Position numbers and translations under genes: made by a program
DNA from: Octopus sinensis
Taxonomy: Eukaryota
Assembly (NCBI RefSeq): GCF_006345805.1
Contig: NC_043020.1
Coordinates: 4,278,001-4,342,000 of the forward strand
DNA: 64,000 nt
Direction of reading: 5' to 3'
Notes under the pieces: generated by a model
Seen by the model: the letters and a program-made list of their open reading frames with translations, nothing else
The model's database searches: none
What the model was told of the DNA's origin: nothing
Part shown: positions 38,456-50,974 of the stretch, one piece after another
Layout: every line of letters starts with the position of its first letter
How positions within the stretch are numbered: position 1 is the stretch's first letter

Positions 38456-38819
38456 TTCCGTAGCGGTGTCGTATGAAATTGTCACCCATAATTATAACCC
38501 TAGTATCGATCTATTGCATTTAAATTTATTTTAGATTTAGGGGTGGGAGAAGGGTATCTTTTTTTCTTCGCAAATGTAAATAAACCCAATCTGTTTCTTA
38601 AACGAGGGACATATTCATAGAGCACGGAATGTTTTCACCCCAAATGGAGGTCAGCGATTGGTTAAAATTGCCGAAATGCTCGAAATTAAAGTGGAAATAT
38701 GTTACAACATATAGAATTTTCTCAATAAAGCCAAGAAAAAATGATGTTTTATAAACACATTCTACCCGTATACGAAGTTTAAAAGTGTTTAGTTAACTAG
38801 AAATTGTGTTGACATGTGC
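38070..38819. repeat. 750-bp near-perfect palindrome
   Basis: Arms are 38070-38440 and 38461-38819 with a 20-nt spacer. Manual alignment shows 2 substitutions and one 12-nt indel. Confidence 0.97.
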
Positions 38820-39816
38820 TTCTTTCATCTCCCCCATTACAATGCTCTTATCATCATTATCAAACTATAACCACTGTCAGTCTGTCAGACACCAACGTCT
38901 TTTCTCCCCCACCATAACATCAAGAGAGAAACTCCATTCCACCCACCTCTACTTTGTCATCAAAAAAAAGCAGCCAATTTTCTCTTTAAAAAGTGGGAGA
39001 AGAAAATTTAGCTAATGAAGTCCTAAATACAATCTGAATGAAAGACGAGCCTTAAACGGCTTTCGACACTGCATTCTGTGTGTGTGTGTGTGTCACGCTT
39101 CTGACCACCAGCTGTATCACACGCCACCACTCACCATGACTACCTCGATCCAAACGGAAGGGCTCTACGTGATCGTTCGACCTGCTAGACATAACAGCCA
39201 AATCCGTTTCAAATCTCGCATACATTGGATAACGTTGGTTCTGAGTTCCATTCCCAGAAGAAAATCAAGATGACCACGACAGGGAACTAAACAGCAATAC
39301 TTTATCAATCGTTCAACTTGCAGCACCTTTACCACAGTGTTGTTTTGTGTTGGCCGGCAACTAATTAATGTAATTAGAGAAAAGGAAGGATATATATCTT
39401 TTACAATTCATTTATGTGTGTGTGTGTGTGTGCTCAGACCCATTGCAATAAACTTTCTACATACTGAGGTGGTGTCCGTTTGGTAACGCAGGCAGAGTGC
39501 ATATGCTTGTATGTATGTGTGTGATACACAAATATACACATTTTACATAAATATATGTATGCAAATTTTACGTAATATATATATATAACCTTTTCAATAG
39601 GTCTGACTCTCAAAAACTAAGAGTCAAAACTATTGAAAAGGTTGCAAGACGCAACGAAAATTTTAGGACAATATAAATAAGAAAAAAGTGGAAATTTTAC
39701 CGGTGAGTGTGTGACATTAATAAGGCACAGAAAGAAAATGACTCTCCCCAGACACAACAGAATATGCTTCAACACACGAACTCATATAAAGAATCTTGCA
39801 AACCAAATCCAAAAAC

Positions 39817-39868
<52 letters not shown>

Positions 39869-41917
39869 GTATGCATATATGTGTGTGTGTATAATCAAAT
39901 AATAACGGACTCAATACATGAATTAGTTTGTATTTATTTGAAGCCGATTCTTTTGTTGTTGTTCAGTTTAGTGTGAACGTTTTATGAAACGTTACTCCCC
40001 ACACACACACACACACACACACACTCTCACTTTCTCTCACGCGCGCGCGTATGTGTCCCATCTCAGCTGACACCATGCATACACATATATGTATGTGTGT
40101 GTAGATACACAATATATACACACACACTACACAATACATGCTAAGTGTACGCTTCGGCTGACTCACTCTATGTAAACACAATGTTTCGAGGTGTGTGTGT
40201 GTGTAATGTCTCCTCCTCCTTAAATATAGAAATGACCTGCCTCGTGCGCGCGCGCACTCCTTCCATTTGCCAGTCTCTTCCCAACTTCCACGTTGGTTTT
40301 TCTTTCTTTCTCCGATCTCGGACACGTCTATTATTTTAGTTTCATTTCTTCAGTCTTTAACCAAGAATGGAGGATTTTGGAGAGAGATGATGGGGTGGGT
40401 TATTGGAAGTGAGTGACGGGTGTGCAGTGTGAGTGATGAAGAGTGGCAACACGAGGGCGAGTTTATGGATGAATGTGTATGAGACAATAGAGAGAGAGAG
40501 TAAAAGATTTGTGTATACTGGTGGGTGTGTGTGTTGAAGATGAGTCGAATGAAGATGGACAGAGGCGGGGGAATAAATGTGGTTGTTTGAGAGAGAGAAA
40601 TAAAATAAGGGAAGTTGTGTGAGATATAAAGATAGGTCCTGTGTGTGTGAGGGATAATGTTTTAATTAGCACAGGGCACAGAAATGAATTTCTCCCTTCA
40701 CCTTCTCGCGCTTTCTCCCATCCCACCTCATTTTTCTCTCTTCTATATCTTCTCCGTGCTTATTTCTTCATATAAAAATCAGAAACCGTTATTATAGTAA
40801 TCATTTCTGATTTAGACACAACGCCAGCAGTTTTTGCGGGAAGCGTTTTAGTCGATATCATCGACTCCAACACTTGAGTGGTACATTATTTTATCAACCC
40901 TAGAGAATGAAAGTCAATGTTAATCTTGGCAGGATTTGAACTCATATCCCAGGGCATTTTCTTCGACGCTTTAACGATTCTATTAATGCGAATAATAAAG
41001 TACTTTAATAATAATAATAATTTGATTTGCAACCCAGACTATCGAAGGCCAATCAATGCTATTGACCCCCCCCCCCTCCCAGCACTTAATTGATACACTT
41101 AGCATTTATTGATTATCTGGAAGGATGAAAGACAAAGTCGCCTTCATCTCCCGCCTTGTTAAAAAGAAGAAAAACACAACACATTAGATAATGTAGTCCG
41201 AGATACATTATGTTTCAATGAGACTTGATGGCCACGGTTAGAACGCCTTTGATAATACGTCTCCTCAAATAAAGTTGAGTGATGTTAAATGAAAACCTAA
41301 TGCTTTAATATGTGCAAAGAGTGACAGATGGTGAAACAGGGATAATCGATCGTATTGATTACAGAAGGAAGTTGTTATTGATCAATGTAAACAAAAAATT
41401 AAAAGCAAACTCGAGTTCAGTCGGATTTGAACTCGGATAAATTCTGGAAGATGATTTTTTCCAATGTTTTATCAATTGTGCCAACCTTTGAAACTATATA
41501 TTTTGCGATGAATCTCATTGGATTCAATCAACTCTGACTGTCCAACTGACAGTCCAACAGTGAGAGATTGGGTTTCTTCATTCATTTATGTAGGAGTCTT
41601 AAAGGATCATTAGTTTGGATAAAATTTGACCTGGGGCTAAACAACATTTTCCAATATGGAGAGGGGCTTTATTGGGGCGAGGCAAGGCCATCAGACGAAG
41701 TTGACCTCAACATTATTTGGATTCATTCAGAAAGCTAAAATGAAAACTGCAAAAGCATTTTATCACATGTTCTGAAACACTACTCTCTTGGTGCACACAC
41801 ACACACACAAATACATATATATATATATATATTATAAAATGAGATAGGGGTTGATGTTTTACTGATTTAAGTATATTTCTCCATTCTCTAATTTTGTAGT
41901 TATATATATATATACAT

Positions 41918-42111
41918 ACTCTTTTACTTGTTTTAGTCATTTGTCTGTGGCCATGCTGGAGCACCGCCTTTAGTCGAGCAAATCGGCCCCAGGACTTATT
42001 CTTTGTAAGCCTAGTACTTATCCTAAGTTACGGGGACGTAAACGCACCAGCATTGGTTGTCAAGCGATGTTGGGGGGGAGTAAACATAGACACACAAACA
42101 TATACACACAC

Positions 42112-42177
<66 letters not shown>

Positions 42178-42300
42178 CAGGCTTCTTTCAGTTTCCGTCT
42201 ACCAAATCCACTCACAAGGCTTTAGTCGGCCCAAGGTGCCATGCAGTGGGACTGAACCCGGAACAATGTGGCAGGTAAGCAAGCTACTCCTGTGCCTATG
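41918..42300 (-). mobile_element. CORE-type tRNA SINE, near full length, with internal (TA)n
   Basis: Head and core at 42176-42300, microsatellite at about 42090-42175, and a 3' tail (AAGTACTAGGCTTACAAAGAATAAGTCCTGGG..GGCGGTGCTCCAGCATGGCC) shared with 50660-50800. Confidence 0.85.
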
Positions 42301-43530
42301 GTATGCATATATATATATCCTTAAATCCTTAAAAATGTTTCAGCCCGAAAGCTGCGGCCATATGTGTGTGTATATCTGAACCACCATACTTTGTCCTTAT
42401 ATACTGAGTACTTCTTCAGATAGTCTCGTTGTCTTTGTGTGTGCATTGTTGTGCCAAAACGTTTACTTTGCAACATTGGATTCCAAGTTCTTTGTCTAAA
42501 ACCTGGAATCAATGCAAGACTTTTGAGTGAAATAAAGATGACACAGATTTCTGAAACCGATGAATTTCCCTGAAGTTTACTTCAAATATACAATGGTATG
42601 TGTAAGAATAATAATAATAATAATGTCTAGATAATTTTGTCAAGTGAACAGTTGAAGCAGTCGTCCATTGAAATTAACAGAAGTTCATTATCATCATTTG
42701 GGTGTGTGTAGTAAATGTGAGTGAATTCAGTCCCTCCCAACAATTAACCTCCAGTTAGCATTGATAGTCTAAAGCAGCAAGCAGAAGACTACCCAGCTTT
42801 AACCAATTGTACCAAATGGGGGAGCTACTTAAAGTAAGATCTTCCTTGCAATATTCTCTCATGAGCAGGCTCCCTTAACTACAATGAATGTAGAATCTCG
42901 TCTTTATTTTTCCAAGTCAATAAAACTGAATTGTGGCTGTTAATGGAGGAAGATTGCCATAAAGTTCCTTTGTTGTTTTTTGTTTTTAATATTTTGTCTA
43001 TGACATATTGAGTATTGCTTGCAGAAATTCATGTAGAAGCACTGATTCCTTAGAACTTTTGGTTGTGCTCATGTTTCAGTACCATACAGTGGCATCTGAT
43101 GATTGTTACTGGGTCTGTTAACATATTGAATCTACTACTTTGGCACAAGTATTACTCAGAAATAAATATAAAGTCTTTAGGTTATTTCTAAACATGAAAT
43201 AACTTGAATCTGACTCATCTTTGTTTCTCAGTGTGTAAAACTAGATTTGAAAACCAATCGTAAACATAATCTTCTTAGTTGCTCTCTCTCTCCATTGAGT
43301 TTTGAGCAATGTGAGATCTTCAAGCACAATCATAAGTTTTGTCATAATCGTGTTCCAAGGCCAGAACCACATCTTCAAGCTCCTCTCCTACAGTTCTCAT
43401 CTGAGTCTGATGGCTTTGCTTTGTCTCCTACATCCTCTAACTTCCACTCCATAGACACTCTTTCTACTCACTTCTTGGTCATGTCTGTCACACAATTGAG
43501 CATCTACTATTTTGTGGTGATGGTATCTTA

Positions 43531-43810
43531 TAAGTTTCTCAACCTGGGCCTTTACATGACTTCTTTGTGATGTATTCTCACCAAGAAATTCTTATTTCCC
43601 AAAAACAATGTCTCTGAAAGACATCTGCAGTTTTTAATAGCTTCTGGTAGTCTTTTTTTCATATTTCACAGACATAAGTCACCATTTGTATGACATAAAG
43701 AAAACAAAAACAAAACCCAGGTCAATTAGAAAAATATTTATTGTGGGAAGACTGCTGAAGAGCCTGCTGAAAGGATGCTTGAGGGTCACATGTACCCTTG
43801 AGGACCACTG
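43531..43810. mobile_element. Possible hAT-like MITE remnant
   Basis: AGTTTCTCAACCTGGG and TTGAGGACCACTG resemble hAT/Charlie CAGTGGTTCTCAA termini. The match is imperfect and no TSD was found. Confidence 0.3.
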
Positions 43811-44464
43811 CTTTAGAGATTCCGGAAAAAATGAAAGACAAAGTTGACCTTGGGATTTGAACTTGGTGCAGAGAGCCAGATGGGTTTCCTAGCCATTGTT
43901 CTTACAATTCTGCCAGTTCATGGCCCCACCAATGTATGACCTTAACACTGTCTTGCATATTCATTCCATTTCACTCATCCCACATTCAGAGATTGTGTTC
44001 TGCTGTGATTTTCAGCTTCTTTTCTCGTGTTTACAGAGTGACAACATTAAATCCAAAGAAATGAGACCCTATAATGATAATAATCTCATCTAAACTACTG
44101 ACTTGGCTATTAATGTTTGATATTCACCTTGTTCATAGTAAATTGGTAGAATTACTCAAGCGTTGGACAAAATGACTTTTGGTATTGAATTTTAGCCTTT
44201 TATGTTCTGAGTTCTAATACCAGTGAGGTCAACTGTGCCTTTCATACATCTATACTCTATAAAGTGCCAGTGAATCCTTTTAAGACACGAGTCATGTAAA
44301 TGAAATCATAAGCCTACAAAGATTTTGTCTTAATTTCAGACCAAGTTCATAACCATATTATCAAATGTGTCCTTTTATTCAAAAAAGAAAAAGTGGTTTG
44401 CAAGGAATTCAGCTGCTATTTCTAACAAGCTGGGTGACAACATAGAGGCTCTCTGTGAAGTGTT

Positions 44465-45110
44465 TAGAGTGAAAGACATTTTATGATGCCTGTGTATGTA
44501 CAGCTATGTTACATAGCAGTGAAACATGGGCTTTGACTACAGAGGACTTGCAAAGATGTGAAAGAAATGAAACTAGCATGATCTGCTGGATGGATAATTT
44601 CAGTGTGCATGTACAACAGAGTATAAAGAGGAAAACTGGGTATAAGAGACATCAGATGTGTGTGCAAGAGAGAAGACTCTGCTGGTTTGGTCATGTGGTG
44701 TGAATGGATGTGGGCAGTTGTATAAAGAAGTGCCGAGCTCTAATAGTGGAAGGGGTAGACCCTGAAAGACATGCGACAAAATGGTGAGAAAGGATGTTTG
44801 GATGCTGTGCTTGATGAGTGGCATCAAGCTAAATAAAATCGCTGTCTTCCACACGTACAGGTTTATCCTTTCAGATCCCAGCGCCACATAAAAGGAACCC
44901 GTGCTAGTGCTGCATAAGCACACCCATGTCAGTGGCACATAAAAAGCACCCAGAAAATTCTGTCAAGTGGGTGACATTAGGAAGAGCATCCAGCTGTACA
45001 AACCATGCCACAACTAATAATTGGAGTGTGGGCAGCTCCCAGCTGGCTAGCTCCATGTCAAGCCAAACAACCCGCCCACCCATGGAAAGCGGATGTTAAA
45101 CAAGGATGAT
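44465..45110 (+). mobile_element. Degenerate RTE 3' fragment with 3' UTR
   Basis: TAMLHSSETWALTTEDLQRCERNETSM, RRLCWFGHV, then the AGGAAGAGCATCCAGCTGTA UTR core. Confidence 0.8.
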
Positions 45111-46837
45111 ATTCAAGACACTGCCCCAGCATGGCTGCAGTCTAATGAGTGAAGCAAGTAAAACAAAATAGCATCTAAGTTCTCCATGAAGTGTTTCCTT
45201 ATAGTTTCTAGGCTTTATTTTGACATTTTGTCCTTGGACAGGTAAAATAAGTTCCAGTCATGAAATACAACCATTCATTGCGACATTTAATAGTATTTTT
45301 AGTTGCTTCCTTTTATGTGTCCAAGTTCAAATCCTGCTCTGGCTCACTTTGGCTTCCTTTCATCCTTCTCTGGTCAATACAATTGACCGACTCTATCCTC
45401 TCCATTCAGAATTTGTTACTTTGTGTCTGCTTAAAATCTGTTGTTCTTTCAAAAATGGGGGATTGCAGAATTGGTGGAGCAGACACAAAACACTTCTCTC
45501 TTTTCTTCCTTCATTACTGTGGCCTTCCTCTCTCTCTTCCTCCTTCTGGACCTTCCTCTCTCCCTCCCTCCCCCCTCTGGTCTTCCTCTCTCCCTCCCTT
45601 CCTCCGGCTGGTCTTCCTCTCTCCCTCCCTCCCTCTGGCCTTTCTCTCTCTCTCTCCCTCCCTCCCTCCCTCTGGCCTCTCTCTCTCTCCTTCCCCCACG
45701 ACCGTCCTTTCTCCCTCCCTCTCCCATAGCAGTCCTCTTTCCTTCCCTTCCCCATGGCTGTCCGTGCTCCCCCCTCCCTCAGGGCTTTCCTTTCTCCTTC
45801 CCTATCCCTTATACTCCATGTTTTCCTCTTCCACACTGTCGGCTGCCACTTCCATCGTCTGCTTCTCCATTCATTTCTCTCTTTACTAACTTCAATGACT
45901 GAAAACACATCAACCTCAGCTTCTCTTCATTTAAATTTTCTTTTATTGATCTGTTTATTTTATTTCCAACTCACCATCTTCAACTTGACCTTATTTGTAT
46001 GTTTAACAAATTATTTTCCTTTTGTTGTATCTGAAACAGGACACTTTTATTGTGGCAGTCATGTTGGACATTTACAATACTCACTCTCATTCACAATAAA
46101 GTAATTGTGTGTGTGTCCTCCTTTTTTTTTTGCTTCAAAAAGAAATTCTAAGTTTTGTCAAGTTAATATCCATATGGCATATCACAGCCAGCAAGCTTTG
46201 CCAACCAAGTTTCTATCTATTTACATTTAAGCGCATTTATATTCATCCATATCTTCACATAGTTTTTATTTTTCTTAGTTTCACTGAACTTTTGGCAAAA
46301 TTGTAAATAGCTTGAGTAGTAAACAACCATGTCTTATAGAATGAATGTGAACAAGGCTGTTTGTTTGAATTGGAGAAGTGCTGCATGTTACTGACTGCCA
46401 AACAGTTTCCATTGAACCTAATTTTACTCACCTGATAAAATTCATGTTGAGACTGTAGAGAAATAACACTTGATGGGATCAGACCCAAGATCTCATGATT
46501 TGTGATAATCATACAGCCATGCTGTGTCCACATATGAACTTCTACAGTATCCATCTGCCAAATTTCACTTGTAAAGTATTATTCAATCAGAGGTCATGGT
46601 AGAGGACTATTGCCCAAAATCTAGACCATGGGGTCGAATCCAAACCCACATAGTTGCAAAGTGAACTTTTGAAATTACACCTGCAATCATATCCTTTTCC
46701 TTGAGAGTTAATAACTAGATTTTCTTTCTTTTTCCATCTAATTTGAAAATATCTACAAGTGCCCATCATTCAGTCCACATTTTTTTTAGCATATTTACAT
46801 TTTGGACCATCACAGAGCTATTTCAGATTGGCTGTCC

Positions 46838-47860
46838 ATGGGAACTCCTGGATGCTGTTGATCTGAATCTACGAGAGAATTAGGAAATTCCTAGCATGGA
46901 AATTATATCTAGAATTGAGATATCTTAAGATAAACTTGGCAAAGACAAAAGTTTTAGTAAATAGGAAAGAAGATAGGACCTTGGTACCTTCAGGGAAATG
47001 GCTTTACTCAAGATATAGATAAGGAGTTGGTATAAACTCCATGGGCTGTACCCATTGTAAGTTATAGACACACACACAAATGTAGAGGAATCACAGGCAG
47101 ACTAATGGAGAATATAAGCTTTGTAAGTGGAAAAATAGACAAAACTCCACTTCCATCAAGAAAAGGATTTAATAGAAATTTCATACAGTGTTTTCAATAC
47201 AAATTATGGACTTAAGAGATGCAGTAAAATCTCTTTAACATGTAGATTAACAGAAGAAAAATACTTTGTATGTGACTGATGAGCAGGAACAACAAACACT
47301 AAATCTATTAGAAATAGGTTTTCTCAAATGCCTAGGAGGATCCCTTGAAGTAGCAGATAGTGTTTGTTACTTTGGTGACCTAATTAAGCAGTGGAGGAGG
47401 ATATTGTGAAAGTGTTGTAGCTGGAGGAAGTTCAGAGAACTATTATTACTTCAGTAACAAAAGGCTTCTCTCTCAGTGTGAAAGGCAAATGGTATGATGT
47501 TTGTCTATGAACTGTTTCATGATAGTGAAATGTGAGCCTTGAATGCAAGGGACTTGAGGAAACTGGAAAGAAATGAAGCTAGCGAGCTTTATTGGATGCG
47601 CAGTGTTAAGGTACATGGACAACAAAGAATGAGTCGAGAGGGAAACTAAACACAAGAAGAATTAGACGTAATGTGCAAGAGAGAAGACTGCACTGGTGTG
47701 GTCATGTGATGCCTACAGATAAAGAAGTGTCGTTAGCTTAATCTGGATGGAACTTGTGAAAGAGGAGTTCCAGGAAGGTATAGGATGAAGTAGTGAAGGC
47801 TGATCTCTAGATGTTGAGCTTCATGGAAAGATAACAAAGTACCAAGGTGATTAGTGATGT
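46838..47860 (+). mobile_element. Highly degenerate RTE RT/C-terminal fragment
   Basis: WELL.., INLAKTK, EVADSVCYFGDL, LSVKG.., ERRLHWCGHV remnants are colinear with the 15157-16727 copy. Confidence 0.7.
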
Positions 47861-50479
47861 ACAGTGCTCCTCGTGGTGAACTGAGGTTCTGAAATGTCTA
47901 TACGCATCAGAACCCCCCCCCCCCCCGACTTTTTCCCCCCTCCCCCCTCATGCTTTTCTTGCAACCTCCTCATCTCCATCGCTTTCCTATATACTCTAGC
48001 ATTCTGCTGTTGTAATTTATTGAGAGCAAAACTACATAATTCATCAATCTTTTGTGTGCTGCTCAGAATTATTTCCTTTAACATTCATCCTTCACTTTTA
48101 ACATTGTCCCTCTCCTCTCACATTTATCATTGATCACTCCTCTGACTTACTACTTATCTCTCCTTCTCTCCTTCTGGTTCCTCCACCTCATTGTCATAGG
48201 TCTTTCATTCTCCCCACACATTCTGGTAACCTAGCCTCCTACTTATCATTCCCCTTTCTTCTTTCATCCTTCTCTCAACTGTATTATCCTGATACTCTTC
48301 ACCCTTTCTCTACTGCTAGTCATCACCTCTTCTTCCCTACTATTCCTCCAACTCATATTTATCATCAACCACCCTTCTTTCCTTGTTTACTATTCACCCC
48401 TACATCCATCACTACATCCACTGCTCTCTTTCCTCATTCTTGCAATCTCCAATGGTATTTTGACCCCATGTTCTCTTCTATTCAACTTGTATGTTAAGGC
48501 CATACTTGGGCACCTTGTCATCCCCATTTTTAGTTCTTTCAGCTCCACCTCAGTTGCTCTCATCTACTCTTGTATAATGCATTGTGGCCATGTCTCTCCT
48601 CTACACCAATAAATCTGTCCCTGTTCCTTCTCCATTATACTTCTCAACACTTAGTATAAAGCTGTCTCCCCTCTGTTCTATTTCCACTCAGTCAAGGGGT
48701 GTCTTTGGTTACATGACAATCTCACTAGTTCTGGTACCATGGAAAAAGGATTCAATATAGTCTGTAAGGTGGTTAATAGGGAGAGGCATCCTGCAACAGA
48801 AACCATGCCAAACTAGACCCTGGAGCACAACATAATCCTCTCACTCATCAGATCCTGTTCCAACTGCCCATTCCAGCATGAAACATGGATGCTGAAAGAT
48901 GATAATGATGACATGTATATATATATATATACACACACACACACGCACCCCAACCTCTTTCTCCTCTCCCTGACACATTCTTCCCTGCATTTTCATTCTC
49001 ACCACACATCCATACTACTCAGCTGCTCTGCTCACCAGAGATCAGTATCCATATTATATTATGTTCCATCCCCTCCCAAATGGTCTCCCCCACCCCAGGA
49101 CTACTTCCATTCCTCATCATCCTTGCCCACACTATTTCAGCCAATCACCTCCTTTATGTGCCTTCAGCCACTGATCTCCCTCTCTTTCTCTCTCTCATTC
49201 ACTGCTATACTCCATTCTAAACACCTCTCATCTATCACTCTGAGTGCCTTCTCAATTCTACCACCATGACCCACCTACTGTAGCCCCTTATGTATCTATA
49301 TGTCTTCATTTCTACACCTCCTCCATCATTCTACTCCTTTCTCTCCTATTCTCCTTCTTAAGCCACTCCTATTTCTCCTACCTTAGCCCTTTACACACTG
49401 GTATTTCCCATCAGCTGCTCTCCCCCCCCACCCTTGTTCATCACACACTGCACTAACCCCTACTTCCACCTGTTTACCCTCTCCCCTCACACTCTTATAA
49501 AAGCATCCAGACTCAACTCATCCCATCACCCACTCTTTATGTCCTCTCTTTTGCTCACCTTCTTGTTTCTTGTTAGTTCGCTCTGGCACCCTTTCACTAC
49601 CTTCAGCCATTTGTCTCCTCCATAGCAAGACACCCTGGGATTGTTCTATCATACTTTGGCTTTCCACCCACCCACCCCGGCAAACAGCCACCCACCTCCT
49701 CCCAAACACTTCCTCTTTTCCCTTTTCCTTCTTTCTGTTCTCTTCTGTCTTGCAAGTTATTTGGTGACCTTACAAATACCTAGCCCACTCTGTAAAGTGG
49801 TTGGCATTAGGAAGGGCATCCATCTGTAGAAACCATGCCAAAGAGGACACTGGAACTTGATGCAGCTTTCCAGTGCACTGGTTCCCATTCAAACAATCCA
49901 AGCCATGCCAGAATGGGAAGAAGACATTAAACAATGATGATGATATATGTATCAGCAAGAAAGAGCAGAAGAAAATACCCAGAAGAGTATTTCTGTATGA
50001 TTTTGAGCGTGTGTGTGTGTAGATAAATAAGCTCACACACACACACACACACACACACAGTAGTTCTCCACATATGTTGTATAGTGGACTGAAAAACTTC
50101 CATAAACCAATATTATTCTCACAATTAGAAAATAAATGTTCCTGTGAGTTACACAAAAAAGATATTTTCTTTTAAAATGTTAATTTTTGTTGTTGTTTTG
50201 TACAAAATGTCTTCACTCTTTAAATTTCAAGATCTTTCAGATTCTTATTTCCTCAGATATTCTAATCTTCTGTTGTGTATGAATTCTGAAGTCCTGTCCT
50301 TTCTCTAATAATCCAAGATCAGTCCTTCTTTGATTTCACTTGCTTAGTGCATATTCTATCACTCCAGTAATGATAATAATAATAATAATAATAATAGTAA
50401 TAATAATAATAATAATGTTAATCCTTTCTAAAATAGGCACAATGCCTGAATTTTTTAATTTTTAAAATTTTTTCAGGGG

Positions 50480-50800
50480 AGCCTGGAACCACATGGTTCC
50501 AGTTTCAGTCCGACTGCGTGGCACCTTGGGCAAGTGTCTTCTACTATAGTCTCGGGCCGACCAAAGCCTTGTGAGTGGATTCGGTAGACGGAAACTGAAA
50601 GAAGCCCGTGGTATATATGTATATATATGTGTGTGTGTGTCTGTGTTTGTCCTCCCAACATCACTTGACAACCGATGCTGATGTGTTTACGTTTCTGTAA
50701 CTTAGTGGTTCGACAAAAGAGACTGATAGAATAAGTACTAGGCTTACAAAGAATAAGTCCTGGGGGTCAATTTGCTAGACTAAAGGCGGTGCTCCAGCAC
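50480..50800 (+). mobile_element. CORE-type tRNA SINE with internal (TA)n(TG)n
   Basis: GGTTCCAGTTTCAGTCC, CACCTTGGGCAAGTGTCTT, a microsatellite at 50611-50640, and the same tail as 41918-42090. Confidence 0.85.
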
Positions 50801-50974
50801 TTTATCTTTATTTGCTGTGATTTTCTTTATCATTCTTCCAGATTGTTCTGGCTACCATATATGTCTTGTGGGAGGTTAATAACTATATATATATATATAC
50901 AGTGCTTGAAAGGAACTCAGCCCCTTTGCCTCATTGAGGCTCAATGCTAGAAAGAAACTCAGCCACTTTGCCTC

